DNA of 63,998 nucleotides, the filler included, from Octopus bimaculoides (taxonomy: Eukaryota), in NCBI RefSeq assembly GCF_001194135.2. It is 8 parts of 6 records of this genome, joined end to end, with 100 filler letters (N's around TTAATTAATTAA, not from the genome) between each part and the next. Parts side by side here need not be neighbours in the genome. Positions count along the whole stretch, not along the records: positions 1 to 17,608 come from NC_069005.1; 7 more parts are not named here. One strand, written 5' to 3'. Below the pieces are notes generated by a model. It saw only the letters and a list, made by a program, of their open reading frames with translations, searched no databases and was not told the origin of the DNA. Position 1 is the stretch's first letter, and every line of letters begins with the position of its first letter. The translations under genes were made by a program, and so were the position numbers. Below, piece by piece: positions 1-14,355 of this stretch.

Positions 1-25
1 TATATATATATATATATATATATAT

Positions 26-1150
26 CTCGCTATGATAGATCGCTAGCCACTACAAGTTTTTTTTATTTTCTCTCCTTGTGTCTTTCTGGGATTTCCTGGT
101 ATCTAAGCTAGGTAGCAGTTATCGCTTTTGCTATCATTCCTAGGGCACCACTGACAACAGATATTGTTTTAGATTTGAGGTTCCACATTTTGCCAATTTC
201 TATTTCAAGATCTTACACTTGTTCAGTTTTTGGTAGGTCTTGACAGACACATTTATGTCGATTTGGCCAGACATATCAATGAGGAGGCATGGTTTTTGTC
301 TGAAGTCGTTCAATATAATGACTGGCCTATTTGCATCTATATTTCTGTCATTTTGAACGGTGAAGTTCCAGATGAGTGAGATGTGATCATTTTCAAGTAC
401 TGGGGGTGGTCTATGTTCCCATTAGTTGTATCCTGTGGCAGGTCCAGGTTTTTGCAAATTACCCAGCGAATACAGTGCCTGTTGAGATACTCTGTAGGCG
501 CAAGAAGACTGTACATAAAGACAACTTGATCAATGGTTTCGTTTTGTTGTTGACATACACAACATGTTGTAATACTGCCGTTATTTAATATGTTGGCCTG
601 GTACGTTCTTGTCGATAGGTTTTGAGCTGCTATGATAAACCCTGGTTTCTGATTTTAAGCCAGAAGACACAAACTGTTGATGGGTAAGATCTTTGTCAAC
701 ATCGGTACTATTAGCTGTCTTTGGGTATTTGCCATTGAGAGGGTTTTTTTGCCATATACCAGGAAGACTATCTAAGGCAGCAGTTAGCTTTTCCTGTCAT
801 TGTTTCTAGTACGTCTAATTCTGGAATTTGTTGTATTTGGAATTCACTTAGATATTCCTTTGTCAGTTTTATTACTGAGTATGATGCTTCTTGTTTTCAT
901 GTTTTTAGACAAATTTTAGCATCCAGTCCTCAGCGTTTTTCAGGTAGGTGTCTAGGCCAAATATGGCAATAGTCATTGTTAATTCCACTTGTAAAATTCC
1001 ATGGCCACCCTCTTTTCTTGACTGGTAAAGTCGTTCTATATCTGCCTTAGGGTGGTGCATTCTATGCAGTATCAACAATTTTCGTATTTTTTCTGTTAAG
1101 GTTACATATTTCAGTAACTGACAAGTTAATGATATTGAAACTGTAAGTCA
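26..1150 (-). mobile_element. 5'-truncated, decayed Dong/R4-like RLE non-LTR retrotransposon (3' end abuts (TA)n at 1-25)
   Basis: Minus-strand translation with frameshifts gives VTYSFNIIN, (M)HHPKADIERLY, a CxxC...H...C knuckle (CCVCQQQNETIDQVV...LAPTEYLNRH), NFTVQNDRNIDANRP, CLLIDMS and DLEIEIGKMWNLKSKTISVVSGALGMIAK. These are the RT C-terminus, zinc knuckle and PD-(D/E)xK RLE of the R4/Dong clade. Confidence 0.85.
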
Positions 1151-4100
1151 CGACTAGTATGACAAAAGTATGAATACTTTATTATTATCATTATTATTAT
1201 CATCATCATACATACCGATATACATATACTCATATATTCATACACACATTCTCACGTTCACACATTAATGCTCAGAAGCACAGATTTCCACACGACAGGT
1301 TTTATCAGATTACGTTTGCCGATTCTCTCATCCATATACAAAGATTTAATCGGCCCAAGGCATTAGTAAAGAAACTTTGTCTAAGATGCTTTGAAGCGGA
1401 ACGGAGCCCAAGGGTGGCATGTTCATTGTTCTATACTGAGGGAGAAACGGAAGAGCAAAATTACATCGCGATGTCTATTGCTTTAAATGACCAAATGCTC
1501 ACCTCCCACCTCAGTCTACGGAAAAATGCGCTTGACCCAGAAAATGTTACTCAGCATACCCATGAAAATCATTCGGGCTATATTCGTACTGGCGTCCAAT
1601 AAATCTGAATAAACATTAATCTGGAATGTAATTTATAAGGTAAACCGGCTTGTGGCATTCTTGATGTAAGACAACGATATAATCGAAAATTATTCGTATC
1701 AATAATGCACGATATATGTCTACATGAAAATGTTTAGGGACCTTCAAAGAAACATCATCCGCATTATGAAGAAAATTCTCTTGAGGAAACAAAACGTCTA
1801 AAATAGCCAAAAGAGGAAGAAACTAATTTTTAAAAATATTCCATTTAGCTATTGAAACATAATCCCATGAGAAATAGAAAACAATATGGGCACACAGAGC
1901 TACTGTAGAAAAGATTTTAACAAGTAGAAGTGAAAACTTTTATAAAGCTTCCCCAACAGGAAACAACCATCGTGATTAATCATGGCTGTATTGATTCGTT
2001 TTTCAAATATATTCTTGAAAATTTTGTAAAGAAAATAAATCGTTTATAACAATATAAGACAAGAATAATCAATTTGGAAATATGTGTATATGTGTGCATG
2101 TATGCGTGAGTTTACATATACATGTATGCATGTTTGTGTGTGTATATGAAAACGTATATATACACACTATATATGTATGTATACGTGTGTATTGTATTTA
2201 CTTATATGTATATATGTTTTTGTGCGTGTGTAGGTATATAAATGTTTATATGCGTGTATGCACGTTTGCCTGTATGTTCATTGGGTTTCTTTGACTACTT
2301 CCATATTTTTAATATATGTTCTATAGTTAGTTCGCATTACACTTTTCATATTTTTTCCTGGAATTATTTGGTAACTACGTAAGCCATAACTCTTAATTAT
2401 CCATATGAACGGAACATTATGTATATGTGTCAAAGCATAAAATCTATGAGCCCCTCAAATATTTTGAATACAAATAAATCTCGAGAAAACATATTACAAA
2501 AAAACATATAGACATATATCAAAATGTCAGCATGTTGTAGTGGCATTTTGTTCTGGATTTTCAAATGTTTTATTTAACTAGTAACAATGAGGAACGTGCG
2601 TAACAGTGTAAAATAAAGCCATTTATTTCCATAAACACACAACGAAGAACGTTTAATTCCAACAAATGTATTTTAAAAAATTTCTGTCGTTTGAACGTGC
2701 TTCTAGTTTTTATTTTGAGTGCCTCTGTTTTAAATCTTATGTACACGGAAGGTTGCCAAAAATACATGCACTATATTAAGAGGTTAAAGATTTGAAAACT
2801 TGTTGCTGAATACTTAGAAAATAACATTTACATCTCATCATTATCCATCATATTTTATTCATTGGTCCTGAAGGTGCATTGCATTCACAGTCAAAAAATT
2901 TCCTAAATATCTGGAGTGCGAATGTGGCATGTAGTCTGCATATACAACTCCGTTTCCTCGTTCGAACCTACTGTACTGTTGCCTTGGGCAGTTTATTATT
3001 ACAGCAAAACAGTGTTGTCCAAAGACTTGTGAGTAGATATGGTAGATGGAATTTGAGAGAAGACGTTGTAATCTATCTGTCTATCTCTCTATATTTGTAA
3101 CGTTGGCAAAGAGTCAAGAATATGCGGCCAGTAGAGGATGCATATAAACAGAAGCCCAGAAGTACTGTCGAGCCTCAAAATACTCTNNNNNNNNNNNNNN
3201 NNNNNNNNNNNNNNNNNNNNNNNNNNNNNNNNNNNNNNNNNNNNNNNNNNNNNNNNNNNNNNNNNNNNNNNNNNNNNNNNNNNNNNNNNNNNNNNNNNNN
3301 NNNNNNNNNNNNNNNNNNNNNNNNNNNNNNNNNNNNNNNNNNNNNNNNNNNNNNNNNNNNNNNNNNNNNNNNNNNNNNNNNNNNNNNNNNNNNNNNNNNN
3401 NNNNNNNNNNNNNNNNNNNNNNNNNNNAATAATGTACCAGTGAAATATTGAGATCCATAGTATGCAAGAGGTGTGAAATCTGTGCACGCAGTAGCGCAAG
3501 TTTCAGAGTGAACATAGGTGCAATGTATCCAGGTGAAGCTTTTATGCCCCGACTCTGGTTGAGCAACTTTGTCGATACACACTGTGCAGAAGCCCGTGCG
3601 TCCGCACATACGTCACACATATACATTCGAGCTTACCACTATGACTGTATTCATGTTAACCGATGTGATTTGTTATGTTTCTTTATGAGAAATCGTAAAA
3701 TTCACTCTATACATTATGTCCCAAACTGAAATAACAACCAAAACGATATTATTGTCTACAGCGTATGCAAGCGATGCCCCTACATGAGGACAATGCTTGC
3801 GATTGAATCTCTTTAGTTCTGTATCAAAAATTCACTAATTCAATACCTAATTTTTTTTATCGCCTTCATTTCACCTCCATGATTTATAACCATTATTTAG
3901 AACGCATGCAAAATGCAAATGAGATGGTGATTTACAATGCCTCTATGAAAAGCAGTGATTATATAATAATATTAATCCCGTTTTATAAATTTAAATTAAT
4001 GGTAATCAAGCCCTGTCGTGGACAAGGGGTTGTTTATAACGCCAAACTAACAGTTCTCCCAGAAAATGCTCGTAGAATCTTGTATTCCCTGAAGTTTCAC

Positions 4101-4346
4101 GGATATTTTAGGTGATTAACACACCGCGTATGGACCGAAATTGCTAATGGAGTCTCTTGGCTTCCGCTATTACAATATGGTATCTTCAATCAATAAGAGT
4201 TTTACTACAACGAAAGTAAAATAAGAATATCTTTATACAATGACAATTTAAAATATATTTTTTAAATTACAAACTTGACAGGTATCTTATGAAATGTATA
4301 CAAAGTTCAGCGTTTGTGTGTTAATATATATNNNNNNNNNNNNNNN

Positions 4347-4397
<51 letters not shown>

Positions 4398-5724
4398 TAT
4401 ACATATATATACATGTATATATCTATGTGCATATACACATATAGATGAATATGCGTATTTACATATAACATATAAGTAAATGAGACGTATATACGAATAT
4501 GTTTACATCCATATATATATATATATATAAATGCGCATGTACATATGTAGATGTAAATGAAAATGCACATACTCACGCACATAGGCATCCGTGTATAACT
4601 ACTATGTATATATTTCAAAATATCAATATATTAAACTATGCTTGGTACACCGCTGAATGTCACAATATATTCAGAGTGATGGTAGTATACTAACACTTAG
4701 ATATTAATATATTAAGTAAAAACCAATTGCAGTACCTAAGCATACATGTACATTGTGATAAAGTTAAGTTTAAAACAATAAAAAATAGTTGATGCGAAAG
4801 TTCACAACTTGCATTCGGTGGCCAAAATTAGATGAAATTTATTTGTGGTAATGTATATATTTTTAGTTTAAATATATTGCAATATACATCAAGCATACGT
4901 GCATATAATTCAAAAAATATTATATAAATAATAAAAAATATAATTCTGGAAGCTTAATAGTACGTGATATATTTATTCCTGACAGAACATTTATTATTCA
5001 GTGAACAGTGAGTTTATATAAACAATATTAAAAAAATATAACGACAAAAAAATAGAAGAAAGATATAGAAATATATCCGAGTAAACATAGAACATATTTG
5101 TTAAAGTTGGAAATTCATATTTTGGAATTCGGTATTTCATGCCTCCGATAGTCTGACGATGAGTTGGGACGTGAAACATAGATTCATGAAATTCTAAATT
5201 CCAGATATGATAATATATATTTTGTTGGTTTGTTTAATATGGTATGATCTCTCTTTATCTATAAAATTTCAAACCTTATATTCATGTCTTTATATATATC
5301 ATAAGTATTCCTAGCGTGAAAGGAGATGTTTCGCTCGAAGTTGTCCTCTCTAAAGGTTATCCAACCAATTTGGTTTCTGTCCGAAGTGATTTTTCCAAAG
5401 TGCCAGGATCTCTGTGAATCCATTTCACAGATCCAATACCTCTGCAAGCACTGTCTAACACTGAATTCCTCTATCTTAGAACTCAGATATGTAAACAAAT
5501 TCACAATGGCAGGTTCAAAATCCGTTTTCTATATTTATCTACCTAACTCTCTTAATCTCACACGCGCTTATTTTATATATGTCAATATATAAACCCATGT
5601 ATCTATCAAACTATGTACGTGTTCCTCTGTATTTGTCGAAAGCTACCTCAGCTTTTATAGATATTTTATAGATATAATCTTGCTAACCATTAACAAAAGC
5701 GACACACACACACACACACATACA

Positions 5725-6230
5725 CACATATATATATATATAAGTATTAAAAGGTTTCAGATGTAGTTATGGTCAATAAAAATAACTTATTTACCTACAT
5801 TTTAATATCAACTCCTTCGAAACAGTCACCTTGTGCAGAAATACACCGGTTCCAGCGTTCCTGTCACTTTTGTAATCCAGCCTAGAAGTCATTTTCCGTA
5901 AGCGAGTCGAAGACCTCTATGCGATTCGCTATGGACCTCAAAAAAAAAACAAAAAAAAAAACGCTACATTTGAGCTGCGTTTTCATCTTGGAGAAGATAA
6001 GTAAATATGCAGGTGATAAAGCTGGGTAATATGGTGTTTGAAGAGGCAACAGTATGTTGTTTCAGTGAGAAACCTACAAATGGGGAAAGCGCGTTGATAG
6101 GGTACATTGCCGTCGTAGAGGATCCAATTCTTCGCGCCCCACAGATCCGGTCGTTTTCAACGAATATCCACCCTCAGACCCTTCACAAAGTCGCAGTAGA
6201 ACACATGATTGACTGTCTGACCTTATTTTT
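5725..6230 (-). mobile_element. Decayed mariner (DD34D) transposase remnant, C-terminal half
   Basis: Minus strand reads GQTVNHVFYCD...DIR*KRPDLWGAKNWILYDGNVP and IEVFDSLTENDF*AGLQK*QERWNRCISAQGDCFEGVDIKM*, which are typical mariner motifs carrying stops. Confidence 0.8.
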
Positions 6231-7226
6231 TATAAGATACTACAATTAGCGGTCATTTTTGACGGAACGTGGTCAGTTAGTTTTATATAGTTCACAAATG
6301 AGATCCAGATATTCAATGTATAGAATACATTTACTAGTTCTCAAAAGATTCAAACTTTAACTTCGATGTCTAAAGTTGGACGAATCTATATGTGTACACA
6401 TATACATATTTTGTATTTGATGTATTTAATATACTTTATATATAGATGAGTCTAAATTGCTTATCCCCTCATTTCTTTCTATGTGTGTGTGTGTGCGTGC
6501 GTGTATGCGAGTATGTGTGTGTGTGTGTGTTCGTTTATAATTAACAACTGAAATCCTTTCACACATAAAACGACCTTACAGGAGACAGATCAGAGTATAC
6601 ATTGGAAGATATTGTTTAAAATATCCAATATTTCTTATTTCAAATAACTTCTATATAATCTTAATTGTACCGTAGAACTACTATTTCGTTAATATCGAAC
6701 GGTGCTTTAATAACGTTCTGTGTGGTGGTGTATTTAATGTTTTCTTTTATGATGTCATGACCTTTCTTACAGTTCTAAATCTATTGAAATGTTCTTCATC
6801 TCCATAACATATATTGACCTCTTGCACAAAGATCTACGTAGAAAATAGTCTATTTTTATTTTGATATTTGTTTCCATGTAATTAAAATTTGTAAATAACG
6901 GCTTCAGTGCATTTAACTAATATTTATATCAACATATGTTTAATCGCGCAGAGCGTTTGAGATATGTGTATACATTCATGTACTCCTGCATATGCCTACA
7001 GTTTTACACACACGCACACACACACACTCACTCACACGCATAAACACAAACACGTACACATAACAAATACATAAATAGATAGATAGATTTAGAAAATGGT
7101 GTGACTCAGGGTTTGGATAAGAAATATTTGTTTAGTGCTTTTAACTCCATTAGGAATTCATCACGATTGATTTCTCAAAGAAAACTTTTACCTTATATAT
7201 ATATATAGATATATACATATAAATAA

Positions 7227-7264
<38 letters not shown>

Positions 7265-7585
7265 NNNNNNNNNNNNNNNNNNNNNNNNNNNNNNNNNNNN
7301 NNNNNNNNNNNNNNNNNNNNNNNNNNNNNNNNNNNNNNNNNNNNNNNNNNNNNNNNNNNNNNNNNNNNNNNNNNNNNNNNNNNNNNNNNNNNNNNNNNNN
7401 NNNNNNNNNNNNNNNNNNNNNNNNNNNNNNNNNNNNNNNNNNNNNNNNNNNNNNNNNNNNNNNNNNNNNNNNNNNNNNNNNNNNNNNNNNNNNNNNNNNN
7501 NNNNNNNNNNNNNNNNNNNNNNNNNNNNNNNNNNNNNNNNNNNNNNNNNNNNNNNNNNNNNNNNNNNNNNNNNNNNNNNNNNNNN

Positions 7586-7617
<32 letters not shown>

Positions 7618-7624
7618 GAGCAAA

Positions 7625-8230
7625 GTAGCTAGTTCTAAAGCCTCTATAAGTGATACAACTAGTAACTAAACTGGAAAGTGATGTTTGTTTTAACGGAACG
7701 ACGTTAAAACTACTTTTTTTAACCACAGGAGAACGTCTCTAACTGCTTAATAACACACTCTGTATCTGATGTATTGCGAACAGGGAAGGAACCCCTACTA
7801 TCTAGCGAATTCACAGGACTAAGTAGATGACCCTGGTTTCTGGGTAATTGTCCATCCTCAGTATTGGACACCTTTTTGCAAGAGATGGAAATCGTTCGAC
7901 CTAGTTCGTCCTATAGAGACAAATAAGCGACATTCATCCATTGATCTTGTAACAAGCGAAGTAGCTAGCTCTAAAATCAGATGTAAGTAGTAATTATACA
8001 CAAAAGTAAGGTTTGTTGCCCCTTCAAAATGTCTGTTCCGTTTAAAAAATAGTAAAAAAACGTGGTTCTGTCCGAAACAACCATGTTGAAGTGAGGCCCA
8101 AACTTGCGAGGTTAGTTGTTCGATCACCCAAGATTGTAGATGAATTACTTTTTGAAGTAAATGTTTGGTTTCCCTTGATTCTTTGGCTAAAAATAATGAA
8201 GAATGCATTACAACAACTGTTTTCAATAAA
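7625..8230 (-). mobile_element. Highly decayed R2/NeSL-like RLE non-LTR remnant
   Basis: Frameshifted minus-strand segments (FPSLAKRCPILRMDNYPETRV; SRGSFPVRNTS; a degenerate C-R-V-C-YKQLETFS knuckle) resemble R2/NeSL C-termini. The motif AGAACTAGCTACTTTG recurs at about 58925 (+). Confidence 0.45.
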
Positions 8231-8261
8231 TAAATAGGTTTATATATGTATATATATACGA

Positions 8262-8400
8262 CGGGCTACTTTGAGTTTCTGCCTACCTGATTCACTCACG
8301 AGGCTATATTGTAAGACATTTGCCAATATGCCATACAGAGAGACTGAACCCGGAATCATGTGCCTGGGAAGCAAGCTTCTCAACACATAAGCAATCGTGC
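8262..8400 (-). mobile_element. tRNA-derived SINE family A, 5' head fragment
   Basis: Reverse complement matches the heads at 38176, 52291 and 61591 (GTGGCTGTGTGGTAAGAAGCTTGCTTCCCA...GGTTCAGTC). Confidence 0.7.
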
Positions 8401-8412
8401 ACATAAATACAT

Positions 8413-8461
<49 letters not shown>

Positions 8462-8683
8462 CAGCTTTCTCTTTTGTTCTCCCTCTTTATTTTCTCATGT
8501 TCCCTTCTGTTGAAGACCGTATTATTTTAATAATAATAATAATAAATATTTTATATATATATATATATGTGCGTATATATATATGAGTATAGATATATGT
8601 ATTAATGTATATATGCACACGCGAATTTTAATAATAAGAATAAATAATTTATATATGTGTATAGACATATATATTAATGTAAG

Positions 8684-8717
<34 letters not shown>

Positions 8718-8718
8718 C

Positions 8719-8755
<37 letters not shown>

Positions 8756-11700
8756 ATTACGCTGATAATATAAAAATGCAATATAAATATAACAATCAAT
8801 GAATTTCCAAGGAAGATCTTAATTTGAAATAAATAACGTGTGTCATAGATCCAAGGTACGTTTGGGACGTGTAAATCACTAACGTAACGCCATGTGGCCA
8901 CTCACCAGTTTAAAACAAACATCCAAACAAATATAGCTAAATTACTCTTCTTCACCTCAGAGTCGCATATTTATGAGCTGAAGAGTATTTCCTGGGTGCT
9001 AAGCTAAAATTACAAAGAAACGATAAGACAGCTGGTCAAAGGTTATAAATATGTAGTTTCTAAACAAATAGATCTTTCCTACGGACCATTCTTCAAAGGC
9101 AATATCTATTGTTAATTTCGGTGCTAATGTAGAGGGGGAAAACGATAGACTTTTCTTTCAGTTGGCCAAATTTTTTTTTTTTTTTTACTTTTCTTCTCAT
9201 CTGTCTGAGTAGAGGAGATATATTTTGGTGTTAAACATAGTGACACGTATATGAACTGAATGTACACACAAACACAAACACAATCATATATACACATACA
9301 CCTATATAATACGCTTTTCAAAGAGCGCGTTATTTTAAAACAATTTTCATAATCAAATCTAAAACTTATACAATGTATTGATATAATTATATAGCAATTT
9401 ACGTCTCTGTTAATTCCAAGACTATCCTTTGTGTTGCGAAACAAGTTTTACAGCATTTCAGATATTATATTCACCATTGCTAACTGAAGGCTCTCTATGT
9501 TTATCCAAACTATTACTCCATCTTGAGGATGGAGGTAGAGAAATCTATTGGAACCAAACTGAAAAAAAAATCTGTCGTGGACAGATAAGCAGGATACAAT
9601 AGGAATGAAAATTAAATTTTATAAAAATTTATAAAAATTACGAAATCATAAACAAAAATATAAATCAAAAGAATTAACACATATTAAATAAAATAAAGAT
9701 AAATTAAATTGAACTAAAAAAATCTGATTTCTTTGAAATAGTTTATTCTAAGACACAGGAATGGATTTCAAGTAAATTCGAAGTTTCTACATGCTTAGCC
9801 TTCAACCTAGAGTCTGATGAATATTTAGCAGGCCGAAACGACGAACTACATTCAGCACTATTTCTTTTAAGGAATAATAGGTATGTAAAACCTCAAAATA
9901 TATTCAGCAATACTGGAGTTTATTGCAAAATTGCATTCTGATTTAATCTTTCATGTGTAAACATGTACCTCCTTGCCACAATGTAAACCTTCATTTAATC
10001 AATATAACTTAAGCCTGAAGAGTAGCCTGTGGTATAGACCTCGCTTGGATATTTACCACTTCTAAAGTTCCACGCGCTATGAAATATGTAGCCCGAAGAT
10101 TATCTAATCCATTCCATAACTCTTTTTTTTTCAGTTTATCGTACATCGACACGATAAAAATCCAAAACTTACCTTCTCAGTAAACCACTATTGTACTTGA
10201 AAATTGTTGTTTTTCCCATTTACTGCTGATAGCATGAAGCTAACTTCCTTTCTACACCTCGAACCTAGGTTCTTTATATATATATATATATATATGTAGG
10301 AGAATTTACGAAAAAAAAAGACAGACGAAGACAGGTGGTGTAAACAACAAATGGATGTATTAGTATAACGGCGGGGATTTCACTGTACCATTGGTATTTA
10401 TTACATACCGGGACGAGTATTTACGTTGAATAATTAAGATACTTGATTCTCATCAAATGTCGTATTTTGTTCTATGCGTCTTGCATCGGATTGGATTCGA
10501 ACTAGTTATTCGAATCTTTTAACTGATGTCATGAAAGCGCATATCCGTTATGCCAGTGCTGCACGAAGATTAGCATGGACTGAGATTTATTTTTTTAAGC
10601 TTCAAGCCATTCCCCTGTTTATGTCTTAGATCTAGACGGTAGAGGCAGGTTTTTAAATATATATATATATATAATTAGTGAATGTGTGTATGTATGTGTG
10701 TGGGTATAATTCACTTGAGATGTGAAAGCAAAAGATTCATAAGCATGCACATACAGATACGCACACATACACACACACAAACGCACAATCACACACACGC
10801 CCGCACACAAACGTGCGCGCACACACACACGTGTGTGTGTGTGTGTGTGCGTGTGTAAGCATGTGTGTATACAGACAGCCACACACAAGCTTATATATAA
10901 ACATATATTTAAATATGTTTATATGAGTATATACATAACATATACATGTATATATTAATTTAGATAATTATGTTGCAAGGCAATTATTAGAAGAATTTTT
11001 AATATACATTGTTCCATTTCTCGAAATAGAGGTGAAACTTCCATTAGTTAATTAAAACCAAAACAAGCGAGAAAGTTATCATGTAATTTGACAAGTTATA
11101 TGTGTATAGATCCAAATATTTATTATATGATTAAGTTAAATTATGAAGCTTTCTACTTTCATGACCTTTTAATACATTGGCTTATCTCAGTTTCGGCTCG
11201 TCTCTGTTTTTTTTTTTACTTCTACCATGCAAAGAAAAAGACCCATTATCCTATTTTAATTTTCTAAGTGCGGGAGCAGCTGACGAAATATTTGTACGCA
11301 TGTGACCCTTATGGCGAATGAGAAGTTTTCTAGCAGTGCTAGCAACGTAGGGTGAACTGCATTTACTGCAGACGACCTTTTAAGCTCTCTGGACTTCTTG
11401 ATTGTACAGATAGGTAGGTAGGTAGGTAGGTAGCTAGCTAGATAAATACATACATACATACATACATACATACATACGCTATGACAGATAATCGTCTTCT
11501 ATTTGTACCAAAATATATAGAACAATTAGATCATTCGTCGTCGGCTCAATTGACAATTAAAGTGTCTGAGAGATGGATTGTAGTGATTATCAGATCAATA
11601 ATTCTTACAGATAAATATGTGCATCATAAGTAGTTGTTTACGTCTTACGAGATCACATCATTACGAAATCTTAATCGGATTAAAGCGATTGCGATAGATA

Positions 11701-11949
11701 TATAAGGGGACAGAAATTTCGGTGTCGTTAAAATATTTTCTGTTAGTAACGACTTTGTTAGACATTCACGTAATACGTTCCTGTATTTGAAGAAGAAATT
11801 ATGGTTTCTACTAATGGGACAATGCCTGTAAGTTTGTGGGGAGTGATTTTGAGATTACACCAACCACAGGGATTAACTGGTATTTATTAAATTGTTTTCA
11901 GTTCCATTGGATTATAATGCCGGAAGACATACTGACCTTCATCGTGCAT

Positions 11950-12175
11950 GTGTGTGTATGTATTTATGTATGTCTTTGTGTTTTTCTTTGTTCCTCATCA
12001 CAGCTTGAAACAGATGTTAGTTTGTTTACGTCCCCGTAACTTTGCAGTTCGGCACACAAAGAGCTTTAGAAGAAGTATCAGCCTACAAAGATGAATGCAA
12101 CGGTCGAATTGTTTCAATGGAATACTTCATGACACTATCCCGGCATGGTCGCAGTTCAGTGACTAAAAAGAGGAG
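11950..12175 (+). mobile_element. SINE family A, 3' part (diverged)
   Basis: GTTTGTTTACGTCCCCGTAAC...GGTTCGGCA...GCATGGTCGCAGT matches the tails of the other family A copies. Confidence 0.65.
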
Positions 12176-12591
12176 GGAAGTTCAACAGAAAGAACCAATT
12201 GTATCTTACAAATAACCGAGAGGTACAGAAGTCACATTAACGTTCATTGTTGGCTGTTATAACATGTAATGAAATACAAAATAAAACCAAATGGTGTTTG
12301 GAAGTTCTGAATAATGCACGAGAATTACTTCTTCGATGCATTGGCTATAGCAAGCAATAATGTGTTTGCTAGTCTTTGGAGTCTCATGGCTGCAATTGGA
12401 TTCAGTACATTCAATGTTGAAATTTCATGTCAGTGGTTGCAAGTACGTTTATGTGCTTGGGTTACTCACTTTTCACTCATATAGTGTTTCGATCAGTCCC
12501 ATTATGTAGCAGCTTTCCTTGGCAGCTCTCCATTTGTGTGAGAAGTTTCATGAGCGGACATTTCGTGGAAGCTTTCCGTATATATTGTATA

Positions 12592-12626
<35 letters not shown>

Positions 12627-12949
12627 TTGCATGATGTATATGTGTGTCCGATTTTGTATTTGTCCCAACAATTCTTCGCGACTTGTGACGCTTCTGTTAG
12701 GTCTCCAAGCAAAAACAAAATATAAAATACATAGCCTGTGAAAAATTACGCTATAAATATTTTCCATTCCCTTTAAAACACCTTTATATCGACGACCACT
12801 GCCTAATGATAAAAATGATGCATAGAATAAATAAAAACCTATTATAAAATTAAGCAGCTCGACACTCTCGTAGGAAGTTGTTTGTGAATGGAAATTTAAG
12901 TATTCAAATGTAAATACATCACTTCCGTATGTATTGATTTCAAAATTTG

Positions 12950-13080
12950 ACACAAGGCCAGCGAATTTGGGGTATATCGATTACATCGACTCCAGTAATC
13001 GACTGATACATATTTTATCAACCACGAAACAATACAAGTCAAAGTGGATCACGGCGGAATTTGAACTCAGTATATGAAAC
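12950..13080 (-). mobile_element. SINE family B fragment
   Basis: CACAAGGCCAGC...GTCAAAGTGGATCACGGCGGAATTTGAACTCAG matches the copies at 17709-18110 and 25662. Confidence 0.65.
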
Positions 13081-14064
13081 TGCCCTTTCGTATGCACTGA
13101 ATGTCAGTCATTACAAGTTCATGACATCTCACGTGATTGCCAGAATATCATTGACTTTCTTCACCATTAGCTTCTTTTAATTAGATAAGAGGAGGTCTAC
13201 AAGAAAATAAAAGTGAACCAAATAAAATATGCAGCATTTAAGAAACTTCCTTTTAGTTAACGAATTCATATCACGCCTTGGTTTCCCTCGTTTTTCATCC
13301 TTGCAATGTTGGCAAGACGAGGTATCACTTATGTACTAGCGGCTGAAGAATCGATTTAACATCCATCAGAAAGTGTAGTATTTTCAACCAATATAGAAAC
13401 GATTACTTCAACAAGAGGGAAATTTTTAATTGGTAGATATTTCATTTAAAATTTCAAGAGATTTATTGACAATAATTAGATTGATATCATTAGTTAAGTG
13501 TGGGGATTGAGCCTGATAGCACGACATCGGTTAATACCGTATAATAGATACACAAGTAGCCAAAGACAGGTGATTAAGAGGTGATTTTATAATGTATATA
13601 AAGAGATACTGACAGAAATTAAAAGTCATTTGTTCCGTAAGATTTAAAGCAACGTTTTAAGAGATTACAATTATAAAACTGTCTTAATTTCTAAAGGATA
13701 ATTGCATTACAGAAGGTTATTATAACATCTTTGATGGCGCAACAAATAAACACATATACGCAATCTCAAGACATTTCTTTCTATAATATATAATTGATAT
13801 TAATATGGCTTGATATCACAAAGCGTTTGCAGATAAGAACATCAAAAAATATATATATAATGAATATGAGACATTGTTTCAATGTGTTAGAAATAAGGAA
13901 AATAATTAGAACTCTTATTATGTTGCATAAAGTAAAATTGCAACCCATAAATGATATACATGTTATGAAGAGAGCTCTATATACTGGAAAGATATTACAA
14001 GCAGGCACTGGTAAATTTAAAGATAATTGAGGAACGCGTAACATATTTTACGCAATTTTCAAAT

Positions 14065-14240
14065 ATTTCAGATCTTCTACTCTATGGCCAGCTGACACGC
14101 GAGGGCAACGACGTGGACGTTTTACCTGAACGAATGCAACCCAGTAGTGATATTTTCTTGAAGCTTTCTACGTATTCTATCGATCGATAGAGCCACAGGG
14201 CTAAGTTACGGGGCCTAGAAGAGGCAACACCGGTTGACAT
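14065..14240 (+). mobile_element. Decayed RTE-clade ORF C-terminal remnant
   Basis: LLLYGQLT followed, after a frameshift, by GQRRGR resembles the RTE motif LLYGELxxGKRxRGRP. There is an in-frame stop. Confidence 0.45.
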
Positions 14241-14355
14241 GTGGTCAGTAACATACAGATATACATATACACACATTATTTCTCTCTGTCCCAGACACAC
14301 ACGCGCGCACACACACACTTATATAAATGTATAGGTGAAACTAATTATATATATA

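Noticed and set aside
9811-9850. Hammerhead-like CTGATGA...GCCGAAACG
   Set aside because: Stem II and stem I do not pair and U16.1 is absent; at most a decayed relic.
14070-14240. Exon-like frames on both strands with plausible splice sites
   Set aside because: Better explained as a frameshifted RTE C-terminus (LLYGQL...GQRRGR).
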